From an uncultured delta proteobacterium (GTDB taxonomy: Bacteria > Desulfobacterota > RBG-13-43-22), in contig CAVYLJ010000034.1 of assembly GCA_963769305.1 (NCBI GenBank), positions 72,647 through 136,646 of the forward strand: a stretch of DNA of 64,000 nucleotides. The letters run 5' to 3'. Below, in pieces: positions 19,143 to 28,659 of the stretch. Below the pieces are notes generated by a model that had not been told where the DNA came from, did no database searches, and worked only from the letters and a program-made list of their open reading frames with translations. Every line of letters starts with the position of its first letter. Position 1 is the stretch's first letter. The position numbers and the translations under genes are program-made.

Positions 19143-20011
19143 TCCCTTTCTCCGAACATGCCCATAGGCCGAATGGCCAAAACGATAGCCATGAAGGCAA
19201 ACATCAGGACCGGCGCCAGAGCAGAAAAGAACTGCACGCCATAAGAACTCAACAGCCCGAATATAATGGAGACGATAAAAGCCCCCATAAGACTCCCGAA
19301 CCCTCCGGTAACGACCACCATGAAGGCATCCATGCCCACCTGACCGTCCAATCCGGGAAATACCGTCAATATGGGAGCGATGGCCACCCCGGCCACCCCG
19401 GCCAGCCAGGTACCCACCCCGAAGATCAGCATGAAGACCACGGGAATATTGATCCCCAGGGCATTGACCATGTCGGCATCGGAAACGGCCGCCTGGACGA
19501 TTTTGCCCAAACGGGTCTTGTAAAGAAGTAAGGCCATAAACACCAAAACCAGCAGGGCCAGCCCGATAACGAAAAGCCGGTAGATCGGATAATCGAGTCC
19601 TCCTATATTGATCAGACCTTCCAGAATGGGAGGTATCTTCACCGGAAGGCTCTCCGTGCCCCAAAATATTTTAACGGCGGCCAGAATGACCATGCCGACG
19701 CCGACGGTGACGATCAATTCGGGCAGATGACCGCCGACATGGACTTTTCTGAGAATAAATCTCTCTAACAGTATTCCAAAAAACGCCGTGATGATCGGGG
19801 CCAGAAGCAGGGCCAGCCAGAAGCTCCCGGTCCAGGTGATAAATTGGTAGCAAAAATAGGCGGAAAGCATGAAGAAGGCGGTATGGGCCAGGTTCAGAAT
19901 CCCCATCATGCCAAAAATCATATTCAGTCCGGAGGCGATCAGAAAAAGTATCATGCCGTAGGCCAGCCCATGAATGCCCTGGGCCACATACATAGCGGTT
20001 TTTGGATCCAT
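19139..20011 (-). CDS. livH: Branched-chain amino acid ABC transporter permease
   Basis: 290-aa polytopic membrane protein in the typical LivH position. Confidence 0.9.
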   Translation of the reverse strand: MDPKTAMYVAQGIHGLAYGMILFLIASGLNMIFGMMGILNLAHTAFFMLSAYFCYQFITWTGSFWLALLLAPIITAFFGILLERFILRKVHVGGHLPELIVTVGVGMVILAAVKIFWGTESLPVKIPPILEGLINIGGLDYPIYRLFVIGLALLVLVFMALLLYKTRLGKIVQAAVSDADMVNALGINIPVVFMLIFGVGTWLAGVAGVAIAPILTVFPGLDGQVGMDAFMVVVTGGFGSLMGAFIVSIIFGLLSSYGVQFFSALAPVLMFAFMAIVLAIRPMGMFGERE

Positions 20012-20040
20012 CTGTTTGACCTCTAACCGTTCATTTAGAC

Positions 20041-20079
20041 GCTTCTCAAGTCCCGCCTAAAGAGAGGGACTTGAGAAGC
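20041..20079. other. Perfect 14-bp stem hairpin between the livK remnant and livH
   Basis: gcttctcaagtccc (20041..20054) pairs with gggacttgagaagc (20066..20079), with an 11-nt loop. It is a possible intercistronic mRNA stabiliser or attenuator. Confidence 0.5.
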
Positions 20080-20096
20080 GCATGTTCTTTCTTTGA

Positions 20097-20381
20097 TTAT
20101 TCACCCCAGTTGTTCTTGCCTTTGCATCGATCCAGCTTTTGGTCCATTAAAGGTAAGACCTTGGCCGCCGGACCGGAAAAGGAGGCCACAATGGCGACCT
20201 TGATGGTATCCCCCGTGGGGATCATGGCCGGGCTATTGGGATCGAAGTCGGACATGTCGCCCATTTTGTTGACATCAAATTTGGCGTTGACCGCCAGGAC
20301 TTGGGGTGGGCTGAAGACCAGCAAGGAAAAAAAGGAAAGAATGGATGCCAGAATTAAAATACCCTGACTGCAACGTTTCAT
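20097..20381 (-). pseudogene. livK: Truncated periplasmic branched-chain amino acid binding protein (94 aa: signal peptide plus the first beta-strand motif only)
   Basis: Translation is MKRCSQGILILASILSFFSLLVFSPPQVLA...IKVAIVASFSGPAA, then an early stop. Full-length homologues are about 4x longer. Confidence 0.55.
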
Positions 20382-20952
20382 TTAGTCCTCCTTAGTTAAA
20401 AATTAATAAATCAAGAACTACCGCCCAATCTTTAACCCAGATTTTGGGGGATATTTTCTTTATTAATCCAAAGGATACCTAAATATCTTTCAACTTCTTT
20501 TTCTGTTGATCGTTGACTAAAGATAACCCTTTAAGAGCCCTATTTACCCAACTTCCGACATCCCCGGAATAGCGCAACTTAGGGACTTTTTATGGGGCCT
20601 TCATTCTTAAGGCAGGAACAAACGACAACTGAAATAATTTATTTCCTTTTCGGAAACATTAAAAATTTTTTAATCAATAAAGTTATTTTATGCAGATATC
20701 TAACTTTTGAACAGAATGGTTTTTTTCTAAAAAAGGTATTAATATGTAAGTCTCCTGTTGTTGTCAAGTAAAATAGTGAAACTTCTCCAATAACTTAAAA
20801 TCATTAGATGATTTAAGTCAATTTTCCAATCGTCCTGGTAAAATCCTCAACCCCCGATAAGCTTCCGTCCCGATTCCGGACATGCCTTGATGGGCCATGG
20901 CCAGCCCTAACCGCCGCAGCCAGGAAGGAAGCCTGCACCAAGTCCATTTCTC

Positions 20953-20981
20953 TTGACTCGAATAATTACTCCCCGTATAGT
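20953..20981 (+). promoter_or_regulatory. Candidate sigma-70 promoter for plsY
   Basis: TTGACT (20953..20958), a 17-nt spacer, then TATAGT (20976..20981), 47 nt upstream of the plsY ATG. Confidence 0.45.
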
Positions 20982-21027
20982 TTCTTAAAAATAAACTTAA
21001 AAATAGATTTATCCCGATTCCGATTAT

Positions 21028-21666
21028 ATGTTCTTACAAGATATCCTATTGATAATATTTGCTTATTTAATAGGCTCTATTTCTACCGGAGTGGTCCTGT
21101 CTAAAATCTTCGGCAAGGGGAATCTTCAAGAAGAAGGCAGTAAAAATATCGGGGCCACCAATGTCTCCCGTTTAATGGGAAAGAAATGGGGTGTGCTGAC
21201 TTTGGTCGGTGATATGCTTAAAGGAATGATTCCTATCTGGGTAGGCCAGTGGTTTTTTAAGGGAGAAAGCGAGGCGGCACTTTTCTTTACTTGCCTCATG
21301 GCCCTGGCCGCCTTTATGGGTCATCTCTTCCCGATCTATCTGGGTTTTAAAGGAGGAAAGGGGGTGGCCATCGCTTTTGGTATTTTCATCCTCATCGGCC
21401 CCAAGGCCCTGCTGATAGCCCTTCCCCTTTTTGTGGCGGTCGTTTATTTCGGAAAATATATCTCCTTAGGTTCGATAATTGCCGCCGGATCTTTACCTAT
21501 TTTATTGATATTATTTAATTATAATACTTATCCTGTCCTTCTCTCCATTATTATTGCCTCGGCTGTAATCCTCAAGCACAAGGAGAATATCCACCGTCTG
21601 ATTAATGGAGAAGAAAAACCTTGGGGACGGGGAGGCGATGGGTCGAGGGGTCGGGAATTCGAGTGA
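21028..21666 (+). CDS. plsY: Glycerol-3-phosphate acyltransferase PlsY
   Basis: GSKNIGATNVSRLMGKKWGVLTLVGDMLKG and GGKGVA motifs. The last ~10 codons (GGDGSRGREFE) read into the repeat at 21640. Confidence 0.9.
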   Translation: MFLQDILLIIFAYLIGSISTGVVLSKIFGKGNLQEEGSKNIGATNVSRLMGKKWGVLTLVGDMLKGMIPIWVGQWFFKGESEAALFFTCLMALAAFMGHLFPIYLGFKGGKGVAIAFGIFILIGPKALLIALPLFVAVVYFGKYISLGSIIAAGSLPILLILFNYNTYPVLLSIIIASAVILKHKENIHRLINGEEKPWGRGGDGSRGREFE

Positions 21667-21820
21667 AAGGGTTGGAATCAAAACACGAGGTTCCCCGGAG
21701 GGGAACCTTTTCTATGGCTCGACGAATCGGCTACCAAGGGGAATCCTCTTAGGAACTCGGCGAAGCCCAGCGGGCCGAGCGGCTGAACCCCCGAATCCCG
21801 GAATCCTTGAATCCTAATTC
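21640..21820. repeat. Copy 2 of the GGATTCAAGG palindromic repeat family (with a ~100-nt central insertion)
   Basis: The left arm gggtcgaggggtcgggaattcgagtgaaagg and right arm gctgaacccccgaatcccggaatccttgaatcc both align to the arms of copy 3. Confidence 0.65.
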
Positions 21821-21824
21821 CGCG

Positions 21825-22344
21825 CTAAAGATATTCCCAGTATTTCTTTTCTTTTTTGGCTTTTTTTGAAGGTCGATAGGCCGTCCCTTTTTTCCTCTTA
21901 GGCGAAGCCATTGGCTCTTCTTCCTCAATGCGCCCCTTTTCCGCGTCCCAAATTGTTTCTTGAATCTTGTTGGGCGAATTCTTCGGAGCGAATCCAGCCG
22001 GATTTCCTGCAATGGCAATAAGACCCCAACTCCCGATCGGAGGTAACCACCAGGCTTTTTTCCCCTTCCCGGTCGACCAATCCTTTGATCAGATCGTCGG
22101 CGGTTTTTCCCAGGGGAGAATAAAGGACCTTGATCCCCTTATAGATATCCCGGCCTTCGACCAGGCCCCCGCCTTTACCCCCATCAAAGACCACGGTAAT
22201 GGGATTGGGGACTTTTTGGCGGTATTGAGACAGCCATTCCAGCAACATCTCCCGGCCCCGGGAAAAATCGGCCTCTTCCGCGCGGGAGAGGGGAGGGAAT
22301 TTTCGGATCAAATTATAACCGTCAACAATAAGTCGGATTGCCAT
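21825..22344 (-). CDS. NYN-domain RNase (YacP/Rae1-like), one apparent frameshift near 21975
   Basis: MAIRLIVDGYNLIRK... and VVTSDRELG motifs. A basic C-terminal tail (...PKRKKGTAYRPSKKAKKEKKYWEYL) is recovered in another frame. Confidence 0.75.
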
Positions 22345-22352
22345 CTTTTGGC

Positions 22353-23221
22353 CTATCTGGGCATCAACAAATCGACGATGCGGATTAATTCTTCTTCTGA
22401 ATGAAAATAGATTTCCAAGGCCCCGCCCCCCTTCTTTCTCTTGAGCTTGATACGGGTCTTGTACTTTTGAATCATCTCCCTGACCCAGTCTTCTTCGATC
22501 ATGGGGGTAGAAGATTCCTTTTTAATCGAAGAAGCCCCCTTCTTTTTAATGATCCTCTCTAATTCTCTGACTGAAATTCCCTTTTCGACGACCTCCCTGG
22601 CCAAGCCAATTTGTTCCTGGGCCGAATCCAGACCCAAGAGACACTTGGCATGTCCCAAGGAAACCATCTCTTCGGCTATCTTTTCCTTAACCCAGGGGGG
22701 GAGCTTTAATAAACGCAACAAATTGGCAACAGAGGAACGGTCCTTACCGACCCGGCGCCCCACCTCTTCCTGGGAAAGATCGAATTCCTGGATCAATCGC
22801 TGATAAGCTTCGGCTTCTTCCAGGGCGTTCAGGTTCTTTCGCTGGATATTTTCGATCAAGGCCAATTCTAATTGAGCCGTCGGTTCCACCTCGCGAACGA
22901 TCACCGGGACTTCGGTCAGGCCGGCCCGTTGAGCAGCCCGCCACCTCCTTTCTCCGGCGATCAATTCATAGCCCTCAGCGGTCTTCCGAACCAACAAGGG
23001 CTGAATAATCCCTTTTTCCTTGATAGATTCGGCCAATTGGTCTATGAGAGGCCTCCCTGACTTTTTTACGGGGCTGATAGGGGTTGGGCAGCACTTCTTC
23101 AATACCTGCATAAAAAAAATGTCCTCTTCTCTGTCTTCAAAGGCCCTGCCGGGGGGATCAAGGCCCCAAAACCCCTGCCCAAGCCTTTCTTTTTGGGACT
23201 AAGAATCCTATTGTCGTCCAT
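22353..23221 (-). CDS. parB: Chromosome partitioning protein ParB, one apparent frameshift near 23105
   Basis: The N-terminus MDDNRILSPKKKGLGRGFGALIP lies in ORF 23099..23329. The remainder (ParB box, HTH) lies in ORF 22353..23111. Confidence 0.9.
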
Positions 23222-23987
23222 TTTTGTTCTCCCTTTCCAATAATTCATTGGCCAATTCCAGATAGCTTTGGGCCCCCCGAGAATGGGCATCGTATAAAAG
23301 TACGGGAAGCCCATGGCTGGGGCTTTCACTGATTCTAACGTTTCTCGGGATAACGGTTTTAAAAACCAGGTCTTTGAGATGGGTCCTCACCTCTTCTTCC
23401 ACCTGGGCGGAAAGGTTATTGCGAACATCAAACATGGTCAGTAAAATACCCTCAACATAAAGGGCCGGGTTCAAGTCCCTTTGAACGATCTGTATGGTTG
23501 TCAGGAGCTTGCCCAATCCTTCCAAGGCATAATACTCGCATTGGGTGGGGACGATAATCGAGTGGGCGGCCGTCAGGGCGTTAACGGTAAGCAATCCCAA
23601 AGAAGGCGGACAGTCCAGAAAAATATAATCGAATTCAGGAATTAACGGCTCAATTCTTTTCTTGAGCACTTTTTCGCGCTGAGACATGGGCACCAGTTCG
23701 ATATCCGCCCCGACCAGGTCCATATCCGACGGAATTATCCCCAACAAAGGGAGGTCGGTCGGCAATATCAGCCCGGCCGGATCAAGTTGGTCAATCAGGA
23801 GATGATAGACAGTATACTGAAAGGCCTGTTTACTGGCCCCGACCCCGCTGGTGGCATTTCCCTGGGGGTCAAAGTCTATGATTAAGGTTTTTTTCTCGGA
23901 AAGGGCCAGGGCCGCGGCCAGATTGACGGCCGTAGCCGTTTTTCCCACCCCTCCTTTTTGATTAACTACGCAAATGATCTTGCCCAT
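23208..23987 (-). CDS. parA: Chromosome partitioning ATPase ParA/Soj
   Basis: MGKIICVVNQKGGVGKTATAVNLA deviant Walker A. Start taken at ATG 23987 rather than the ORF-track start at 24107. Confidence 0.9.
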   Translation of the reverse strand: MGKIICVVNQKGGVGKTATAVNLAAALALSEKKTLIIDFDPQGNATSGVGASKQAFQYTVYHLLIDQLDPAGLILPTDLPLLGIIPSDMDLVGADIELVPMSQREKVLKKRIEPLIPEFDYIFLDCPPSLGLLTVNALTAAHSIIVPTQCEYYALEGLGKLLTTIQIVQRDLNPALYVEGILLTMFDVRNNLSAQVEEEVRTHLKDLVFKTVIPRNVRISESPSHGLPVLLYDAHSRGAQSYLELANELLERENKNGRQ

Positions 23988-24051
23988 GAAAACCCCTTTA
24001 TTTTGATGGCCCACTATGGCACAAAAAAAACTCTTTGAAAAGATTTTTAAT

Positions 24052-24067
24052 TGTTCCACGTGGAACA
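24052..24067. promoter_or_regulatory. parS centromere-like site
   Basis: TGTTCCACGTGGAACA is a perfect 16-bp palindrome matching the tGTTnCACGTGaAACa consensus. It lies 65 nt upstream of parA. Confidence 0.8.
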
Positions 24068-24196
24068 GTTCCTTAAATTCGGTCAAGGACATTTGAGATA
24101 ATGCCACCCAGATAAAACCTTGGACCGAATTCCCCGCCTGGACGCCAGACGAGTTTTAACCATGGCTTCCTCTCAGGGGCGCGGAAGGGGAAGAAA

Positions 24197-24212
24197 TGTT
24201 CCACGTAGAACA
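24197..24212. promoter_or_regulatory. Second parS-like site
   Basis: TGTTCCACGTAGAACA differs by one position from full palindromic symmetry. Confidence 0.7.
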
Positions 24213-24270
24213 GTATAAAACAATAACTAAGTCCACATGCGCCCTTTGGGGCGCCACGAATCACGAAAAA

Positions 24271-24360
24271 CAGGATTCAAGGGGCCGAGGGGTCAAGGAT
24301 TCAAGTGAAAGGCAAGGAAGTAAAACCCCTGAACCCTCGAATCCTGGAATCCTTGAACCC
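24271..24360. repeat. Copy 3 (compact form) of the GGATTCAAGG palindromic repeat family
   Basis: The sequence is caggattcaaggggccgaggggtcaaggattcaagtgaaagg...cccctgaaccctcgaatcctggaatccttgaaccc. The two arms are mutually reverse-complementary. Confidence 0.7.
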
Positions 24361-24561
24361 TATTTTCGTGTTAAATGGATTAATGCACTCCCAGGAAACC
24401 ATGCAAAAAACCACTAAACTCAAAACCCGCCACACAAAGTATAATTACAAAATTGTATTATTTAATTTAATATTAATTACTTTTTTGTAAAATTAATCAA
24501 ATTCTCTGGAAATATTTACATATAATGTTTTGATTTAATTAATTAATTAATTTTACCTCCA

Positions 24562-24577
24562 TGGCAGGGCTTTTGCT
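24562..24577 (+). promoter_or_regulatory. Sigma-54 (RpoN) -24/-12 promoter upstream of amt
   Basis: TGGCAGGGCTTTTGCT fits TGGCAC-N5-TTGCW with correct GG/GC spacing. It lies ~40 nt upstream of the amt start and is preceded by a (TTAA)4 tract at 24535..24552. Confidence 0.7.
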
Positions 24578-24613
24578 ATAAAACAAACAATTAAAAAACA
24601 GTGATCACAGGAG

Positions 24614-25953
24614 ATGCTTATGAAAATCAAAATTTGGGGCCCTGCCTGGCTTTTTTCCCTCCTCCTTTTAACCACCCAAAGTGTTTGGGCCGGGGAAAAA
24701 ACCCCCATCGATACGGGCTCTACAGCCTGGATGCTCACTTCCACGGCCCTGGTCCTGCTCATGGTCCCGGGGTTGGCCATGTTTTACGGCGGCCTGGTCC
24801 GGACCAAGAACGTCTTAGGGACCATGATGCACAGTTTTGTCTCTATGGCCATCATCGGGGTCCTCTGGGCGGTCTGCGGATATTCCCTTTCTTTTGGCAA
24901 AAATATTCTGGGCGGCTGGATAGGCTGGAATTCGGATTATTTCTTTTTGAAAGGAATTGACGATTCCATCCACAGCGGTGGCGTCCCCGAATATGTGGTG
25001 GCCATGTTTCAAGGCAAATTCGCCATAATTACCCCGGCCCTTATCGCCGGGGCCTTTGCCGAACGGGTCCGCTTCCGAAGCTATTGCGTCTTTATCACCC
25101 TGTGGTTTCTTTTTGTTTATTGTCCCCTTTGCCACTGGATCTGGGCCGAAGACGGGTTTCTTTACAACCTGGGCGCCCGAGGGGTCATTGATCTGGCCGG
25201 CGGGAATGTGATCCATGTCTCGGCCGGGATAAGCGCCCTGGTGGCGGTATTGTACTTGGGAGCCACGGCACGGCTATCCCAAATTGGTCAGCACCCCCAA
25301 CAACTTAGTCATCACCATGATCGGGGCCGGTTTGTTGTGGGTGGGTTGGTTTGGATTTAATGCCGGGAGCACCATTTCCAGCGGCTTGGATACGGCCAGG
25401 GCCTTGACCATGACCCAGATTTCGGCAGCTACCGGGGCCTTAACCTGGATGCTCATCGAGGCCCTTCATCTGGGAAAAGCGACTTCGCTGGGTTTTGTTA
25501 CCGGTATCCTGGCAGGGTTGGTGGTGATTACGCCCGGCAGCCGGGGTGGTTCAGCCCATAGGGGCCATGGCCCTGGGATTTTCTTCATCCCTGGTCTGTT
25601 ATGGGGCCATCCTGATGAAATACAAACTGGGTTATGACGATTCCTTGGATGTCTTCGGAGTCCATGGGGTCGGCAGCGGACTCGGAGTGCTTTTACTTTC
25701 TTTTTTTATCCGGCCGAGTTGGATGGCCGAAGCCGCCAAAAAAGCCGGCGGGTCCTGGGGGGCCTGGAATCAATTAGGGATTCAGGGGACCGGCCTGGGA
25801 ATTACCATCTTCTATGCCGCGCTGGTCACACTAATTTTGGTGGTCTTGATTAACAAGACCATCGGCTTTCGCTTGGAGCACAATGATGAACTGATAGGTC
25901 TGGATGAAAGTCTTCATGGAGAACATGGCTACGGTCTGATGGATGCGCGGTAA
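24614..25953 (+). CDS. amt: Ammonium transporter (Amt family), at least two apparent frameshifts (~25270, ~25545)
   Basis: Three overlapping ORFs (24614..25360, 25284..25637, 25546..25953) together give the canonical Amt sequence (LLWVGWFGFNAGS, GVHGVGSG). Confidence 0.9.
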
Positions 25954-25985
25954 TTCAAATATCCTTGGCCTGCTTATCTCCTTAT

Positions 25986-26720
25986 CTAAAGCGGCAGGGA
26001 GACATTAAAGAACCGGCCTGTGCCGACTTCCTTAAGTTGTAGTCTCAGTTCTTTGGCTGAAGAGGCTTCTCCGGGAAAAAAGATGAAACCATGGACGATT
26101 TCCATGGGCCGGATAGGCCGATTTTCAAGGGACTTGTTTCTTAAATCTTCGGCGATATCCTGACCGGCCTTGTCGGAACCGTAGGCTGCGGCCCCTCCCA
26201 AGGTGGCCCCGGCCGCGGCACCCAGGGCGGCCCCTTTGCCGGCGGCTTCTCCTATCCCTCTGCCGCCGACAATACCGATAGCGGCACCGATTAAAGCCCC
26301 GGCCGCGGCACCCAGAATTCCGTGCTTGGCCGCTCCGGCACCTATCCCGGCCAATTCACTATGCTTGGCTACCCGTTCATAGGCCAACCGTTTGTCCAAT
26401 ACCGGCCAAAGGTTATTTTGATAATCGACCAAAAATGTTTGGGTGGGATTGATTTCAATAGAAGAAGAGCCTCTGTTATCCATGACCACCTGAACAGGGA
26501 GTAATCCGGCACCTCGGATGTCAAAACCAAAGGCATTCTGGGCCTCATTGGGATCACTGAAGGCTCGGGCCCCGATCTGGATCCCGGCCACCTGGGTCAT
26601 ATTGGAAAAACTGGCCGGCATCTTAAGGGGAACCACCTGTTGGGTGTAGGGGCTGCAACCCCAGAGCAACAATCCGGTCAAAAATATCCCCAATAAAGTT
26701 TTTGGTCCTTTTTTATTCAT
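25986..26720 (-). CDS. Lipoprotein with a glycine-zipper region
   Basis: Signal peptide with lipobox LLLWGCS, plus a Gly/Ala-rich zipper GAAAGALIGAAIGIVGG...GAALGAAAGATLGGAAAYG. Confidence 0.6.
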   Translation of the reverse strand: MNKKGPKTLLGIFLTGLLLWGCSPYTQQVVPLKMPASFSNMTQVAGIQIGARAFSDPNEAQNAFGFDIRGAGLLPVQVVMDNRGSSSIEINPTQTFLVDYQNNLWPVLDKRLAYERVAKHSELAGIGAGAAKHGILGAAAGALIGAAIGIVGGRGIGEAAGKGAALGAAAGATLGGAAAYGSDKAGQDIAEDLRNKSLENRPIRPMEIVHGFIFFPGEASSAKELRLQLKEVGTGRFFNVSLPL

Positions 26721-27156
26721 GAGTTTCTCTCCTTGAGATAGATAATGACACCGAATTCTTATTATTTTTTTTGAATACGTCCATAAAATATTATGAAAAC
26801 CCTTAAAAATAAATAAGGAAATCTATGTATTTATTAATTATGAATCTTGTAGATTCAGACATGACGGTCTCGACAAAAGTTAAAAAGATGATCTCCTTTG
26901 AACGAAGTCCGTCATCAACGGTCGATTTTATTAAGGATTATAAAAATGCGTGCTATCTGTGGGGTTGCGGGAAAAACGGAATGTCCCTCCTGCCTGGTCA
27001 CTCCCGGTTCTTATAAAATCCTCATGCCCGTCTGATCCAGGCTCCATGAAGCAGGAGAATATCGATTACCGAATAATGAATGCCGAAGGAGGGTTAAAAA
27101 ATAATCGAGCCTGATCCAAAATTCGATGGTCGGAATTTATTATGCTTTTTTGCCAA

Positions 27157-27702
27157 TTAAACAAAAAGGGTCGTCTTGGCGTCCAAGGCAAAATCCAAAA
27201 AGGAGGCCGCCCCTCCCAATTCGATTTCGTCAATGAGATCTTCCCGTTTAACTCCCATGACATCCATGGTCATTTGACAGGCAATTAATTTGACTCCGCC
27301 CTCGACACAGGCCTTCAGCAATTCGGGAATGGTGGGGACCTTTTGTTTGGCCATCCAACTGTTCATCATGCTGGTGGCCATGGCCGTCATTCCAGGCAGG
27401 ACACCGATGATATTGGGGACCGGCATCGGCATGGCCGGATTGGCCAACGGCGGGACCATTAGATGGGCATTTTTTTTCTTATTTAAAATGTTCAAGCCAT
27501 AAAAAGTAAAAAAGATACCGACCTCCAAGTCAAAGGCCGCCCCCGTACTGGCCAAGATAAGGGGGGGATAGGCCATATCCAGGGTGCCTTTTGAAGCAAT
27601 AATGGCCAGGCGGTTCTTCTGGCCTATTTGGCTGAGCTTTTCTTTTAAGAGGATCTTCAACCCGTTCGTCGATGAGTTTTTTGATTTCGGACTCGTCCAT
27701 GG
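27157..27702 (-). CDS. DsrE/DsrF/DrsH-like family protein (COG2210-type), probable frameshift near 27660
   Basis: Contains GTLDMAYPPLILASTGAAFDLEVGIFFTFYGLNIL. An upstream ATG at 27702 (MDESEIKKLIDERVE) joins if a 1-nt indel is assumed. Confidence 0.65.
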   Translation of the reverse strand, partial: PWTSPKSKNSSTNGLKILLKEKLSQIGQKNRLAIIASKGTLDMAYPPLILASTGAAFDLEVGIFFTFYGLNILNKKKNAHLMVPPLANPAMPMPVPNIIGVLPGMTAMATSMMNSWMAKQKVPTIPELLKACVEGGVKLIACQMTMDVMGVKREDLIDEIELGGAASFLDFALDAKTTLFV

Positions 27703-27769
27703 GACCTCCTGATAGGTTTAAATTATGGGTGGGGGTTACAAAATTACCGCTTTAAACAAGGCTGGAAAA

Positions 27770-27846
27770 TGGTCGGGACGACTGGATTTGAACCAGCGAC
27801 CCCAGCGTCCCGAACGCTGTGCTCTACCAGACTGAGCCACGTCCCG
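27770..27846 (-). tRNA. tRNA-Pro: tRNA-Pro (anticodon CGG), CCA encoded
   Basis: The reverse complement is CGGGACGTGGCTCAGTCTGGTAGAGCACAGCGTTCGGGACGCTGGGGTCGCTGGTTCAAATCCAGTCGTCCCGACCA. It folds as a cloverleaf with a 7-bp acceptor stem, anticodon loop TTCGGGA and T-loop GGTTCAAATCC. Confidence 0.95.
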
Positions 27847-27959
27847 ACGGATTTAATATAACATCGACCAGCCCTTTTGTAAAGATGTTTGAATGCACGA
27901 AATATTCTCCCTGTAAGCATGAACCAAAAAATGGACGACCAACGTTTATTGAGGTCTTA

Positions 27960-28524
27960 TCAAGCTGGTTCGGACAGGACTTCCAGAAAATTTTTCAAGA
28001 TCCGGGCCGTGGCCCCCCAGATGATATCCCCCTGATACTCGACACAAAGGTTTATCCGCGGTTCTCCCTGGAAGGTGAAGGGGGCTTCCTTTAATTCAGC
28101 CTGATTGAGAAGGAAGTCCAGAGGCAGTTCGATCAGGCGTTCGACCTCGAAGGGGCTGAGTTTAAATGGATAGGGATAAGGGATGATCCCGACATAAGGG
28201 CAAACACGAAAATGGGTGATGGTGACGATATGGTCCAATTCTCCAAGGACCTCCACCGAATCCATTTCAATCCCGATCTCTTCTTCGGTTTCCCGTAAGG
28301 CCGTGGTCTGACAATCCAGGTCCTCATAATTAAAGGCCCCTCCGGGAAAGGAGATCTGGCCCTTGTGATGTTCTACCTTGTCCGTTCTCTTGGTCAGAAG
28401 GATATGGGTTTTTCGGTCTTTTTGGAATAATGGGACCAGCACACCGGCCGGCGTCAGATCCCGGACGGTGGGCTATGGATTTCTTTTTTTTATTGAGCAG
28501 TCGTTTAATTTTTTCTTTTTCCAT
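27960..28524 (-). CDS. NUDIX hydrolase (CoA pyrophosphatase-like), apparent frameshift near 28440
   Basis: The Nudix box GGAFNYEDLDCQTTALRETEEEIGI is in ORF 27960..28442. The N-terminus MEKEKIKRLL... is in ORF 28330..28524. Confidence 0.8.
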
Positions 28525-28659
28525 GATTCAAAAATCAGGCAAGACGGCAATAGAAAAACGCACCAACCTCAAGCCTCTGGCCCATTGCCTATAGCCCTTA
28601 ATTACATTTTTATGTTTCGAAGTGCCCCATAGGCATAGGGGTTTGGGTCACCCGTCACT

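Noticed and set aside
19143-19664. N-terminal 170-aa extension of the livM ORF (ORF-track 18147..19664)
   Set aside because: It overlaps livH out of frame and is Arg/Gly-rich. The credible start MMKKTG at 19142 overlaps the livH stop in the usual ATGA fashion.
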